A stretch of 64,000 nucleotides of DNA from positions 8,220,043-8,284,042 of the forward strand of contig CM082593.2 of the NCBI GenBank assembly GCA_040954595.2, written 5' to 3'. This DNA comes from Balanoglossus misakiensis. Taxonomy: Eukaryota; Animalia; Hemichordata. The notes beneath the pieces were generated by a model. That model worked only from the letters and a program-made list of their open reading frames with translations. It was not told the DNA's origin and ran no database searches. A program made the position numbers and the translations under genes. Positions 1-13,432 of this stretch are shown here, piece after piece. Within the stretch, counting starts at the first letter, position 1. Each line of letters begins with the position of its first letter.

Positions 1-663
1 ACGTAGATCTCTTTCTGAGTAATGTCACACTGGTTTATTTGGAAAGAGTTGATAAACAAACATGAGAAGATCTGTAAAGCCTCACTAAATCATTCACCAG
101 GTATGAACAATAAATTTACTCTGCTGGCCTGAACCAAAAGTTTCAATATTGACTTTGTCTATGCCTGGTGATTTAATACAACCTGTGTTTAAGTTTATAT
201 CAATGCCTAGTTCCCTCATTCTATAGTACAAGATTTATTGCAAGAAGCCCCTTTCCAGGTTCTGTAAAGATTTTGACTATAAAGAGGAGACAAGGATTCC
301 TGGAAAACTAACAAATCCAGGACCGATATTGATGAATAATAACGAAACACATTTTTTAAAGATCAGACAGGGTAGGAGTTCAAATATAGAGGGGGATATA
401 TGTTTACTTTAGCTATCCAAGGTTTATTAATTTCTCATGTGTCAATAAAAGTCAAACATTGGATAAAGATGTTGACAGATGAACTATAATATTGCAAGTC
501 ATTCTGTCATTAAATATAGGACTGGATGTGAAGTAGTACTTTACATGGTACATATCAAACAATATGATACATTTAGAGTGAACAATAAAATCAAAACTCT
601 GTAATAAATGGGAAGTATACTGAACAATATGATTCATCAAGATATTATTGTATACATGTATTA

Positions 664-971
664 CCAGGTTCACACAGGGTAAAATTTGAGACACTGTTTG
701 CCTATGGTAAAAACAGAGCATTGATCCGTTGAGTCGTATTGTGTCCACACACACAAAGTTTATGTATAGGCGATGAGGCTCGGCCCCATAGACATGGGTT
801 GCGGAGCGATGTTAATCCTTACACTGGCTATTAAAGGTCTGGATGGCAAAGTCGTCTCAAATCTGAGCCATTTCAGGACCTCTCGAACCGTTCACACATA
901 ATAATTTACGCCAGTATTTGATCTGAGAAGCTTCAGAAACGTCTTAATGGTGTGTGTGTGTGTGACCCCCA
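664..971 (+). mobile_element. MITE family A, copy 1 (TA-flanked, ~305 bp)
   Basis: Colinear and highly similar to 35133-35436; starts ccaggttcacacaggg; right TIR degraded into (gt)n. Confidence 0.8.
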
Positions 972-2127
972 TATATATAATTTTATTGCAAATTCCATAA
1001 AACAACACTTGGTCATGATAAATTTTCTCCAAGCTGACTCAGTGGTTACAAGTTTTCAATCTTAGAATTCATTGATAAATATATGGTGACCGTGCAACAG
1101 AAATTATAGGCAGCTAGCTTTCAAAACAAACTGTGTCAGAAATAACAAGAATCATTCTCACTTCAAATAAAAATTGCTGTTCCATAACATAGCAATTTTG
1201 CTTCTTACGAGCAATAGCACACAGGATTCAAATTGATAAGAACAATTAATTTTATGGTCTTGTTTTCAAATGACATTCTCTCGCAATCTGTTTTATATCA
1301 GCGTTGGCCAGCAATTGGCTGTGAAAGATATGTTGAAGTTGACCCAGTGTTTGTTAAAGAAATCTTGAACATGATTGACTGTTTGCCTGGGGCAATGAAA
1401 CAACAGAGGAACATGCAATACAAAGCACAAGTTTGTTACCAGTTTACTTTTGCTCACATAAAAGATTTATACAAAAGAAATTCTCAATAGAAGACTGACA
1501 ATTTCTTATTTATCTCTATGTGTGTAATGGTGTATATTCAACTGCTTTCCTGGAAAGGTGTGGTCATTATTTTCAACTTTCTGTATCAATTTCTGATAAA
1601 TTTAGATGTATTCATGTCATTTCTACATGTTTTCACCTTCATATCAAATGAAGTAATAGTGAATACTTAAAAAGCACTCTATCCACCTTGATTTTATATT
1701 GTAATTTTCTCTGTCTAATATTAGACGCTTCTCCTTGCAATGTAGTCATCACAGCCAGCACAAACAGCTCAACTCTGGACTGACATTTCAAATAAGGCTA
1801 GATATTATCTGATTTTTTCCCCCTGCGACTGTCTGGATCAAGCAGCTTACAATGATCCATGGAACCCTTTTTTCTGTGATATCAGGACAGTACTGATGTA
1901 ATCAAACCAATTGAATTTCATTTGTTTACTTCCCTTGAAAACGTTTGCATCTAAAATATCTACTATGTATCAATCACGTTTGTTCTAATTAGTCAACTCA
2001 ACAATTGAGCAAACGATACCGCATAACTTTTGAGGAAAAAAACAAATTATGTGTACTCTAAATAAAACCTGTACTCACCAGTGAGTCTCAATATTATTCA
2101 AAGATTGGTTTCATGAGTACCTCACAG

Positions 2128-2432
2128 AGACAGCTGTAACTTTTGTCTTTAATTTCAGTATTTTTGTTCTGTTCCAAACAGCATGCTAATATACCCAGTA
2201 CTCCACTTGTCACCAAAGCTTGCATGTGTGTAACTGCCATTGTTATTGTTGACAAATGAATTCTAGTCCGGACTTGAATTCAAATTTGCACAATAACAAC
2301 GCTGACTTATATACATATGTTGTGTTGGTAAGCTTAACGCATTTCATCTTTTTTTCATAAATTTTCATAAGAAACTGCAGTAGACAAGACAAAAATACCG
2401 AAATGTATCTGAAAGTTACAGCTAATGGAGCT
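2128..2432 (-). mobile_element. Kolobok-like MITE family B, copy 1
   Basis: Reverse complement of 20566-20916; shared core gaattctagtccggacttgaattc; ends tacagctaatggagct|ttaa. Confidence 0.75.
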
Positions 2433-3982
2433 TTAATTATACTTCATACAGAAATTGTGTAAAACTTAATCTTCTGTCACATCAGAAAAAGAAACCCACA
2501 AAAATGGAGCAATACCAACTGCTACAATTTATCATTTGTTTGTCTCCAGATAGATTGGATTTCTGAGAAGAATATCACTTTCTTCAAGAGTTTTAATGAA
2601 AATATACATATTTTCAGTTTTGTACTTGAAAACAAATGAACTTTCGTTTCTGCCATTTATGTCTACTTAGCGAGAATAAAGTGATCTCATCCAAGATGGA
2701 TGCCTTCAATGTCTGTCCTCGCAGTACTTTGCAAGAGAAGTCCAGATAATCAGGCAAATAGTTTCATATCACATGACCAAATCACTTCAGATTTTATACT
2801 ATAAAGCTGTAAATTGTAATATGCCCACCAAACTGTCACTTTCAGCGACTACTTACACTTTTTCTATCTGAATTTCCAAAAAAAATATATATCTTCAGCC
2901 CTGCTAAGTGTTTTACTTCTATGTGTTAGTACAATGACAAAACACAACGTATGATAGCAAATAACTTCCCAATCACGAAAGTGCAGTCTTCATAATTTCC
3001 CAAAGCTATAATCATCACTAGTAATAGTAATACCCAGCTTGACATTTTCATGTGATAAACTTTTTTCCCATCTTGGAGATAGTAGCCATGATTGCAGACA
3101 CCACTTACACATAGGATTAAACCATCTTCATTACTCTCTTGACTTTTCTCCGTAAAAGCTGTGTGATCTTATCAACTGTCAAATGATTTGGGAATAAACG
3201 AGGATGAGATACACGCCACTGGCACGAGCATCTTAAAAGATTGTTGTCATCTTTAGTTTTCAAACAATGGCACATACATTAAATATGACATTTGGAGATT
3301 GTCCCAAGGCAAAACAATATCCACTTAAAGGTTGAAAATGAAAAAAAAACAGAACACTAATACACAAAAGTAAAAGGTCAACTACCAGAAGTGAAGAACA
3401 AACCAAAAACTAATCTCTCACGATTAGTGCAAACCATACTTGCAGGACAATATTCAAAACCATTTGAGGTTATATTGTTCTCCTTTTGAAGCAATCCATC
3501 AGAAACAAATTAAAACTTTCAAACTTTTATAACAATAATGAAAGAACATCTCTTCACAGACATAACTTTTATTTTTTCTGTGCCATTTAAATGTGAGGCA
3601 ATTCCATTTTATTGCTACACACCCTCTGTTCAAGTTGACAGTATCTTGTCAGTGAAACACATACCATAGTTGATGGCTGTAAAGGGTCATGCATGGATAA
3701 TTAACACAAACAAAATGTCTTCATTGAGAGGGTTAAGCTGTATTTCACTAAATTTTGGTGTAAAATTATTATGAGAGTTGAACCAGAAAACATGTGGTAC
3801 CGATACTGCGACAAGGAAATTATCTGTAAACCTTTGCAAATATCACTCGTGCACATTGCTTCAATTACTACTTCAGTTTTCATTTTGGTTGGATTGGATT
3901 GAAACAAATAATGTTTTTGGGAAGTAGTTCAAAGTTCAAGGCCTTCTGGGTCACATTTTCACACTTCCAAACTTTTATTTCA

Positions 3983-4068
3983 CCCTTTCACCACCATGGT
4001 TCAGTCCAAACCTATTGTTTTTGTATGGTAAAGTTGGACCTCTAAAGAGGGAACTGGGGGTGAAAGGG
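3983..4068 (-). mobile_element. piggyBac-like ~85 bp MITE family I
   Basis: ccctttcacc ... ggtgaaaggg|ttaa; reverse complement of 38584-38668. Confidence 0.8.
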
Positions 4069-7000
4069 TTAATCATGTTAATAGGCCAGAGGGGGAGATC
4101 AAATGTGATAGTAAAGTTCCACACCAAATCTGACTGGTGTAAAACAATCCTCTCTTGGGAATAGTTTTGCTCCACTTCCACACTTGATCGCAACTGAAAT
4201 TAGGGCAAACTCAAGTTCAGCTCACTAAAAGGTAGTCGGTCACATCTGTTCTCAGATTTAGCCTTCCAGTGGCCAGCAAAAGCATATGCTAGAAGAAGAC
4301 ATCCGAGTCCAGTGTATAAACATGCGTGAGCAATAGATTGATTTCACAGAGCATTGTGGGTAATACCCTTGCAAAGCCCTATTAATGTAATGGTACGAAT
4401 GATTATCTTTAGTTTAAAAAAAAACAGAGAATGAAACCTTTCTGTCCATAAACATGGAACTTCAATCAATGACTAATATCTCTGAGGTGGTGGGTACTCA
4501 GTACTATTTTTGAAACATTTCACCAATTTCTGTAATATTCCAGCAAATAATTGGCATAATCTGTCAAAGCCGGAAAAGTCTGGGATATTCTGCCAACATC
4601 TAACAAAGGCATACATCTTGAACACTTTGCTAAAGTCAGGCATGCATGTACAGTATACCACAGGTACAAATGTCACAAATTTGGCTAATTTCATGTCACA
4701 AATTACACAAAATTATACTCTGGGTAATATTTGGGTTGGGGTTCTATTTTTTTCCAAATAAAAACTGTTTACAAAGTTTTGAAAGCTATAAAGTCCCATC
4801 ATATATTGATTATCAGTTTATGCAGCATTTCATGGTTTTCATGTTCAGGTGCATAGATTCCCTAAAATTCAAACAATACCAGCCAGCCAGTATAAACTGA
4901 TGTGCACACAACCTTTCAAAATTAACATGCCTATATGTGTATACCAGTGTACATGATTATGGCACTTCAGTGAAAAAAAACGTCACATCATCGTGAATTG
5001 GTAACACAATGCTTGTATTATTATTATCATTATTCGTTTATTTTCACACAAGTAATATTGCAATTACAGGCTCCATGTGATTTACTATAAAGTCATAAGC
5101 CTGACCTTTGATATGCTCTGTTGTGGTTTAAGTTGGAAAAATAATTATGGTGAAGGTATATAATAAGGCTTCCATGAAAACCTCTGAGGTTTCATATTTC
5201 CTCCAATTTATTCCAAGATTACTCTCAGATTTTTACGTCTCTGTATAAGACACTCAGATGTTTTTCTCATTATTTCATTGATATACTGTGACATGGTGGA
5301 AATAGTATCCATGTATATATATGAAGCGCTCGCCAATGAGGTCAAAGGTCAAACTTCACACTAAGCTGCCATCTTCCCGAGCAACTAAACCATGTACTGG
5401 ATAAAAATCACAGAGATCACTGAGGAGACACGTTTCTGAAAAGTTTGAGCATGTCACTCCCATGATGCAATGCAAAATGAACACAGCTGTACTGGTGCTT
5501 GCCTACAACAATATAAATGGTGGGATAAAATGGGAGAAAGGACGAACTCTGGGCAAGAGACTACAATGCCAAGAAACTTGAACAAAACTTGATTACATAA
5601 TGGTAGTGAACAAGCCATTAGGCATTCCTCCACAAAGAGCCTAATGTTTAAAACAACGAATTGCAATCCAGGAGAGCATAAGCCAACCACGACATTCTAG
5701 CAGACAGGTGTTGATTTGATGATCGCTAAACAATTTTTTGAGTTGACCTTCATTTAACATAATAAATAACTATTTTGGATGGTGACAACCAACTGACTGT
5801 TGCCAAGTTTTAATAAAGTTTGATGTCAGAATATAAAAATTGCACAAAGATCAGCTTGTCTGTACCATGACCCATGACAGCTATAAAAAAGTTCACAATT
5901 AAAGTAAAGTGTATGTAAAGTACGTTTTACGAAGAAAATCAGGCTTTTCTCCACTTTTGTCGTGTCACCCATAAATTTCACGGTGGTGATTCTTTCTCTT
6001 GTGTCCAGTTTGTATAACATTAAGTGTTCTCTATGAAGCAAGGTTACAGCTGGACAATTGTGGCCATTCATTTGCGGCTTTATAGAGAATGATGCAATAT
6101 ATACCACATGACTTCAAGTGCATCTCCAGTCACATTTGAAAGTCACTGTGAGATTTGAGACTTAGAATGACGTCCCAACCAATGGACCTGAAGAACCAAA
6201 ACTAATCTGATACTGGTAAAGTCAAATAATCCATTCCAAGAGTTTCATTACCTTAATTACATTGATTCATTTTTATTCCAATAAATAACATTATTGGAAT
6301 ACGTCAAATCTGGTTATGATAATATTATCCACAGATTAAACACTATGCTGCAAATCTATATTTCTCTTCTGACAGCTTTGAAAACTAGATGAAAACCCTG
6401 CTCTGACTGGCCAGATTCCAGTACATGAAAGGTTTAGATAGGTACACCAATATGGTTTCTGAAAAATTGTGAGTTTGATAAAAATAATATCAACATATGA
6501 TATATGATCAGTGGTAATAAATACTGTCTAAAATCTATACATATGAAAGAGTAACAACTTCTAAAATAGTCACTGTCGTTGAATTAATTGAACGCCAAGA
6601 ATGAAATGTCCATAAGTGATGCAGTGGAGTTAATACAAAATGGCCGTGTATTGATGATTTCTTCTGAAGGCAAGGAGGGAATAATAGAAACAGCCGGACA
6701 GCTGGAAAGATGTGTGGTCATTGCCATGGCGACAGAATGAGTTGAAGCCGTTGAAGATAGTGATGACAAGAGTGGACCCCGTAATGCTTTTGTTGGGAGA
6801 AATGAATTGAAATTCATTGCATTAGGGTCTGTTTTGTGCCATCTCAACATCTTGTGCAATTACCCGCAACAAAGAACCTGTCTGGGGTTTTCCGACGAGA
6901 AATGGCGCATCCTAAATGTGCGAGCATTTTCTAAATGTGTTTCTGCTGTAATCATTTCCTTTTCACGATAAAAGCATCAGCAAATCTTAATTTGGGTCCA

Positions 7001-8295
7001 TTTCCTCTCTGCATTCAGTATGTCGTGTGATTGGGGCTTTTTTTCCCTCTCTGTGCAGTTGGACATTTACAGTGTGCTGGCTGATCTTTGCAAAACTGTT
7101 CGGCAGAAATATCTTGACAGCTGTTGTGATTGAGTGTGACTTAATGAATCAATGGTAGAGTTACTGACGGGAGATAGCCTTCAAATCAAGAAATGATATC
7201 TCATCATACATCTCAAAGAATACAGTTTAAACAGCATGAATAATTACAAAAAAGTTTTACTTTGTACTCTATCAAGAAATATCAGTTGGAAAAGGTCTAA
7301 AATATAAAATCAAAATGAACAATTAAATACAAAATCTACTAATTGAGTATTTAAATTTCCTTGAGATGACTAAATCCTAGAAAAAATCTGATTCTATGAA
7401 AGATATAATGGTATTTTACGCAAGAAAGATCTTTTTTAAAACTACTTTTATGGAATCAAATAATTTTACGCTGATACATTTTCAAATTAGTGTAGGAATA
7501 TCCTTTTTGAAGGCTAGTCAAAGCAGGAAATCCGTGTCATTTCATGGCCAGCCAGGGAATGCTATTTTACTTTCTCTAATGGAACAGAAAATGTAAAAGG
7601 AACTGTCTGACATGATTACTTCTCAGTCTGAGAACAATATGGGACAGGGTGCCTGTCAGTGGAAGGCACTGGTGCCTGTCGGTAGAGGGCGCTAAACCAC
7701 AGTGACAGGAAACTCGGCAGATTGGAAAAAACACCAGCAAACATGACAGTAGTGACATCTGAACAGAGCACCTTCAAACAGGAGTGATTGTGGCTGGAAA
7801 TTGGGTCTTTTGAAATGTTCAATATGTTATCAGCTGATCAGCTGTATTTTTATGTGATTTGTTGTTGTCGTCGTCATTGTTAATGTTATGTTATCCATTG
7901 AGTGTAACTCTCCCTGCCTCTAAATTGCACCAATGTCAAGGCAATACAATGTACAATCTGCATCAGTCATATATGAAGGGTTTTATCACTGAAGCGTCAG
8001 TAAAACATGAAAACAAGAGAAGGTTTCTTTTTTTCCTGACCCCTAGAGGGCAGTCTACCTACATGTGTACATTCTCAACAGTCTGGTAAATAATTCAATT
8101 TAAAATGTAAAATAAAAACAGCGCAGTTGTAGTAAAAACAGTAAAATTGACAAATTACAGATTTATTTGTACGTTTTTGTGATGGTAATAAGCCAAAAGA
8201 AAAACAACTGCAACGAAACCTGTTCAAAGGAAACAGAGCTGCTTACTTATATTCAAAACATAATACATGTACACAGCTAAACTCTTTCCATTATA

Positions 8296-8458
8296 CAGTC
8301 AAACCTGTCTATAATGGCCAGTCAAGGGACTTTCAAAACTGGCCTTTATAGACAGGTGGTCTTTTATAGACAGGTCAATTAATGCACATGTAAGTTGCAC
8401 AGGGACTGTAACAAAGTGGCCACTATATAGAGGTGGTCACTAACCCAGGTTTGACATG
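8296..8458 (+). mobile_element. Tc1/pogo-like MITE family E
   Basis: ta|cagtcaaacctg ... caggtttgac TIR; inverted match to 18060-18220. Confidence 0.8.
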
Positions 8459-8812
8459 TAGTATGATAAAAGAACAACATGTCTTTGAAATTCAGGAAAG
8501 ACTGGAACTTTGAAAGTAACATCCAGATCACACACATTAATATTGTCTGAGTTTTCAATGCAGTTATGCACTAGTGATGTCACAATTCTGAGAGTTGTTG
8601 ATTGGCCAGATCATTCATACAACCATTTTAATGCCAAGTGAGGTCATGTTGGTCAGATTTTGTTATTAGTTCAGAATCGCACTATCACATGGGAAATGTG
8701 AAGAATCTTTGATGAAACTGAGCAAAGTTCTGCTCAGTGAAACATAGCTAATGACTGGTTGTTACAACTGTAGTCACATCCCATAGATCTATGGGTATAT
8801 TAACACAGACTA

Positions 8813-9024
8813 CTGTAAAACGGGTTATTTTCGCGAGCAATAAATTTTCCCAAAATACGCCAGAGCCAACAAAAACATGAAAATAAAAAGTCGCGTGAAA
8901 ATGTTTTCTTGGAGATAACAATGCAGTTAGTGAAATACGAGAACGCCAAAATTAATCCTCGCGTAACAGTTGCCTTTTTTGATATCGCAAAAATTTCCTG
9001 TCGTGGAAATAACCCGTTTTACAG
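8813..9024 (+). mobile_element. Tc1/mariner-like MITE family D
   Basis: ta|ctgtaaaacgggttattttcgcg ... aataacccgttttacag TIRs; several copies in window. Confidence 0.85.
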
Positions 9025-9084
9025 TGTCTACCATATAATTTTTGGTAACAACTAAATATCAAATGTAGGGAGTATTTATTAGCC

Positions 9085-9240
9085 ATGTCCGTGATGAGGG
9101 CGTGGTTGAGTTGTAATAATCTGTCATTGCAAAGCAAAAAGTTGGTGACCTGGAATTTGTAACATGGACCCTGGAGCTCCAGGGTCTGTGATTGCAGCAA
9201 CTAAACTGATGAACACTATTGAAAGCGCCCTCACACGGGC
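9085..9240. mobile_element. Small degenerate IR element with perfect 20 bp central palindrome
   Basis: ccgtg..tgagggcg / cgccctca..cacgg ends; gaccctggagctccagggtc at 9167-9186. Confidence 0.45.
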
Positions 9241-9492
9241 AGATCTGATGATACTTTTGTTACCACTGAGCTGCCCTGCCCCTTCCGAATGAAAATATAA
9301 ATACTGCCCTCTTGGGTTGAACAATCGAATAAACTGTTGTTAATCAAAGTTTGATTGACTGATCATATTTCCATATCTGAATAGCTTTGCTGCTGATGGT
9401 CCCTTGTCCGTGCAAGTTGCCAATCCGAAGTGTAATTTTACGTAGGGCAGGTATGGGAGGGATTTGTAGATTTGTAGCCTTTGGTGGGGCAT

Positions 9493-9600
9493 CAGTTGTG
9501 GTACGCAGCTGTACCGTTGAGTGGGGGGGGGGGGGTCTGGTTACCCAAAGGACATCAGCCCCCCCCCCCCCCCCAACGGTACAGATGCGTACCGCAGCTA
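9493..9600. mobile_element. Hairpin MITE with poly-G/poly-C arms and 9 bp TSD (Academ-like)
   Basis: agttgtggtacgcagctgtaccgttg pairs with caacggtacagatgcgtaccgcagct; gtggggcat duplicated at 9484-9492 and 9601-9609. Confidence 0.75.
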
Positions 9601-10291
9601 GTGGGGCATCAGCTTGATCCAGCCAAGCCACCCAACCACCAAGGCAATTGCAGCTATGCAGACAATTGCATCAAAATGTGTTACGGTTTATCGCTGTCAA
9701 AAGCATGTAAAAAATACAAACATCATTGGAGAGGCTAGGTTGAACAGACGAACAGCCAGGGTTGACTTTCATCCAGATAAAGATCGCATCCAACCAAACT
9801 GACAGTGACACCTTTTTTCCTTATAAAAGATCACCTGACCTATCATTCAATGAGGTCGTTTCCAGATATCTGCTCTCAGTCATCTGATATTCAAAAAAGC
9901 AAAGGGCAGATTGTAGACTGTACTGTGCATTCATTCCATTCACTGTCACAAACTCAACAATACTGCATTTATAGTGTCCGGCACTGCATTTAATTGTCCG
10001 CGGCCATTTAAATACCACCTGCAGAGTGTTAACAGTTCCAGGAGATTGAAAGATCCATCATCAAGCAGGTGGCTCACCACCATTTGTCAGCGTACATGGC
10101 ATGTCAACTCATTTGCATATATATATCTATCGGAAAGTGGTCATTCAAGTCTTAACCTCTTCTATTTTTAACACTGACTGTTATACTTATACCAACGGTA
10201 AAACATTACAGACTAAGATTTTCTGGCAGGTGGCTTATTGCCGTTTATCATGAGAATGACATGCACTCTCAGGGCAACCCAGCTTATTTAA

Positions 10292-10761
10292 AGGGAAGGG
10301 GTGGTCGCGCCACGTGGGTGTCCCCCTTGATGAGAATATGTCCTCCCATACCAGCACAAACCTCACTGCAGTCGCCACGACCTACTAGGATCTTCAGTTG
10401 CTGTCATGCCCAGTCTACGCTAAGGTTGGCTGCTTCGTCCATTCTAAGAATTATCTTATTTGAGGGATTTGTGGATGAATTGCAATGTTTATAAACAAAG
10501 AAACAAACATGTCTTTTAAACATTGTCTTTAAAAAAACTCATCATTTTAGGGAGTGTTATTAGTAAATATCTGAGATTTTTATCTGTATTTTTTTTTTTC
10601 ACATTTGTAGTGTGAATAGCACTGAAACGTAGATTCTCTAGTGGCCACATTTGCTAACATTTTTACATTAACAAACTCACAAACAGAATGATCTAATTTC
10701 GGGGATTTGTGGATGAATTGTGATGTTTATAAACAAAGAAACGGGCCGCCATGACCCCAGT
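10292..10761 (+). mobile_element. Kolobok-like MITE family C, long form
   Basis: ttaa|agggaaggggtggtcgcgcc...; matches copies at 16924, 30342, 33241 and 50096; internal ~55 bp direct repeat. Confidence 0.85.
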
Positions 10762-11989
10762 TTAATTTGTTTCTCATTGGCAAGGTAGGTTGGTCAGTCA
10801 AAAAAAAAAAAACGAAATCATGCAGTTTTGTAGTATAAACAAAATAAACGGAAAGATATTTTACATTGACACTTTCAAAATGACGCCTCGCTTAAACAGA
10901 CGACCCTGTACAGAGGTGTTAGAGTGACCAACTACCAGAACACCATAGGCATACTAAATACGTGAATGATCAAAGATGATATAATTTGGCTATGAGACAA
11001 ATGTCAGAGACAAAAATGCTTGGCTTTGACTTGATGATGCTGCCATCTTCTGACTTGCTGGAACCGGAATATGGCAGCAAGTGTTACAGGCTTGAAAACC
11101 CCATTACAAAAAGAACATTTTAAGCATTCAAAGCATGCTTGAACATACATTTCATGTACTGCACTGGAAAACTGTGCGCACTGAAATTACATGTACGGTA
11201 AGTTGCTTCCTGAGATTGGTTGCAAATCAAGTTATGAAAACTATGTATTAAGTAAACCCTAAGGGAAAATTATTTGTTGGGTTCTATTACAAATTCAAAT
11301 TATTCTCATTAATATTTCCATAGTAATAAATTTTATATCGTATATTTCATAACACACATACTTAAATTGGAAATGTTATGATTATTGCTGTATGTGGGTG
11401 TAGCCTTTTGGCAAAATTGTTCTCAGGTGCCCTTCAATCATTGCCATCCTGCTCAGATGGTCAGATGGTGCAGAGGGGCTACAATAATCTGATAGGTGTT
11501 TGTACAATGATTCCCGAAAACCAACGCTGTGATACATTTTACTGAAATGCTAAGTCCATGCCTGGTGTTGCAAATGTAAAATTATGCCTTTTACTGTACA
11601 TGTTGTAGGCCTGGGCCTTAACATATCTCTGAAGGTTACCGGTAATGGCACGCTCTGAAGAAGAAATGATGAATAAACCATGAATATGGGACTTTGTCCC
11701 TCAGCCACACTAACAAATGTCAGTCATTACCGACACGTTGACATACAACTTACAAGCACCCATTAGAGAGAAACTTGAGTAAAAGTTGAAGGTTGATGGT
11801 CACCACTCTTGAGTGAAATACAACCAGTGACATTCAGGCTAGCAGTTCTATTTCTATCTCTCGTAAAGGTGAATATAAATGACGGACAATGATGTTGTTA
11901 CTGAGTTAATACTACTCCCTATAGGGTAACACTTGGCAGATACCCCCAAGCTATGTTGAAAGTCTTTGTGACCATCACGTCATTACTAG

Positions 11990-12047
11990 TCTCTCTCTCT
12001 CTCTCTCTCTCTATCCCCCCTCTCCCTCCCTCTCCCCCCTCCCCCTT
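11990..12047. repeat. (ct)n microsatellite and C-rich tract
   Basis: Direct reading. Confidence 0.9.
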
Positions 12048-13173
12048 ATTCCACACCGAACATAACAACTTAATTAAACAGAAAATATTTAACATCGTTT
12101 TAACAAATACTTTCTAAACTTTCGTTGCATCACCTACATCTTAATTCCATCAAGTCATGTCGACAACACAGAAAAAATTAAGATCAAACACAGACCAGAT
12201 ACGAGCTGAATGTCCTTGTGTGGTACATGACAGATTATTTTTGGCATGTTGATTCATTGAGGTATGGCCGGTACTTGATCACACAAACAACAGTCTTGTC
12301 AGTGGCGAAACCAATATGTTGCGGGAGATTTTGTGTCACAGCTGTAGATGATAGTTTGTATAGCATTGCAGATTGTCTTTTTTAGAACATCCGCACAAGA
12401 TTGATTTGTCGAGCCCATTTATAACGATCTTTTGTGTGTTTTGGGGCAATTTCTGAGAGGAACGACGCGTTATACACCGCTCAATCCAGTTTCAAGCTAC
12501 CTTCAGCTGACCGCTGGAAAGTACCCCTGCTGTGATTGGTTGCCTGCCTAGCATATGCATTCAGTGAAACATTTAAAATAGACTATAATAATTAAAATGG
12601 GCAAGTAGGATAGCAGGTATGAATTTTGACATGAAATGGGTGGTATCTATGCCGATTTATTGATTAAATTTTGCCTTTGTGTGAGTGAAAACATCTACCG
12701 AACATGGCAAGTCAAAACTGGATTTTCGTTTCATGACTTGTCCCTCTTCTGAGTCATAGGCACAAATTCCATGCGCGTGTGCATAAAGCAATAAGCTGGA
12801 ACCAAACTGTTGGAACACTATCAAAGAACAAAACTCAGCATTTCATCGACACATTTCTTGATGTTTTATACATCACACTGCGTGTGCACTATGTACATAT
12901 TAATATCCCCACAACACTGCAAGGCAGAATAACCCCAATGCTTTTTTTGACTGACATACTTTTCATAAGTAATTTGCCTTTCACACTTCAAGAGCTTAAA
13001 AAGGGAGAACAAAGATTACAGGTGAAGGGAAAGAAATTGGAAAGTGTAATGAACCATGGAAGGTGAAATTTCCCCCCAAGGTTACATGCTCTGCATATAT
13101 GTGTCATCAGCTTGAATTTGTTTGACGCATCAACTATGCCTTTTCATTCTTCAAAATTTCAACCAGTGTGATA

Positions 13174-13432
13174 CTGGAACACAGGAAATTTGGTGACAGG
13201 AAATTTTCGCAATATAATAATAAATAATAATAATTAAATATATTTATTCACATACTGCAGGCCACCTGCCCATAATTACATCACTGAGATACTGTTTAAG
13301 GTTCGCAATATCAACAGAGACGACTATTTCGCGCAACGATTAATTTTTGCGTTCTCTTTTGCGTTCTTTCATTATATTTTCACGTCTCTCGCAAAATTCT
13401 TGAAAATTTATTGTTTGTGAAATTTTACGTAT
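13174..13432 (-). mobile_element. Degenerate MITE family D copy interrupted by an 86 bp insertion
   Basis: acaggaaattttcgcaatat..caacagagacgactatttcgcg..attaatttttgcgttctc aligns with 28941 and 36429 copies. Confidence 0.65.
13216..13301 (-). mobile_element. 5'-truncated non-LTR retroelement 3' end with 10 bp TSD
   Basis: ttcgcaatat duplicated at 13206-13215 and 13302-13311; minus strand ends in AATAAA followed by a (tta)n-like tail. Confidence 0.65.

Noticed and set aside
8952-9200. Similar ORFs at 8952, 28904, 29869 and 33912
   Set aside because: Derived from MITE family D; no transposase motifs.
10261-10494. Similar ORFs at 10261, 30322 and 49974 suggesting a small gene family
   Set aside because: All are read-throughs of MITE family C.
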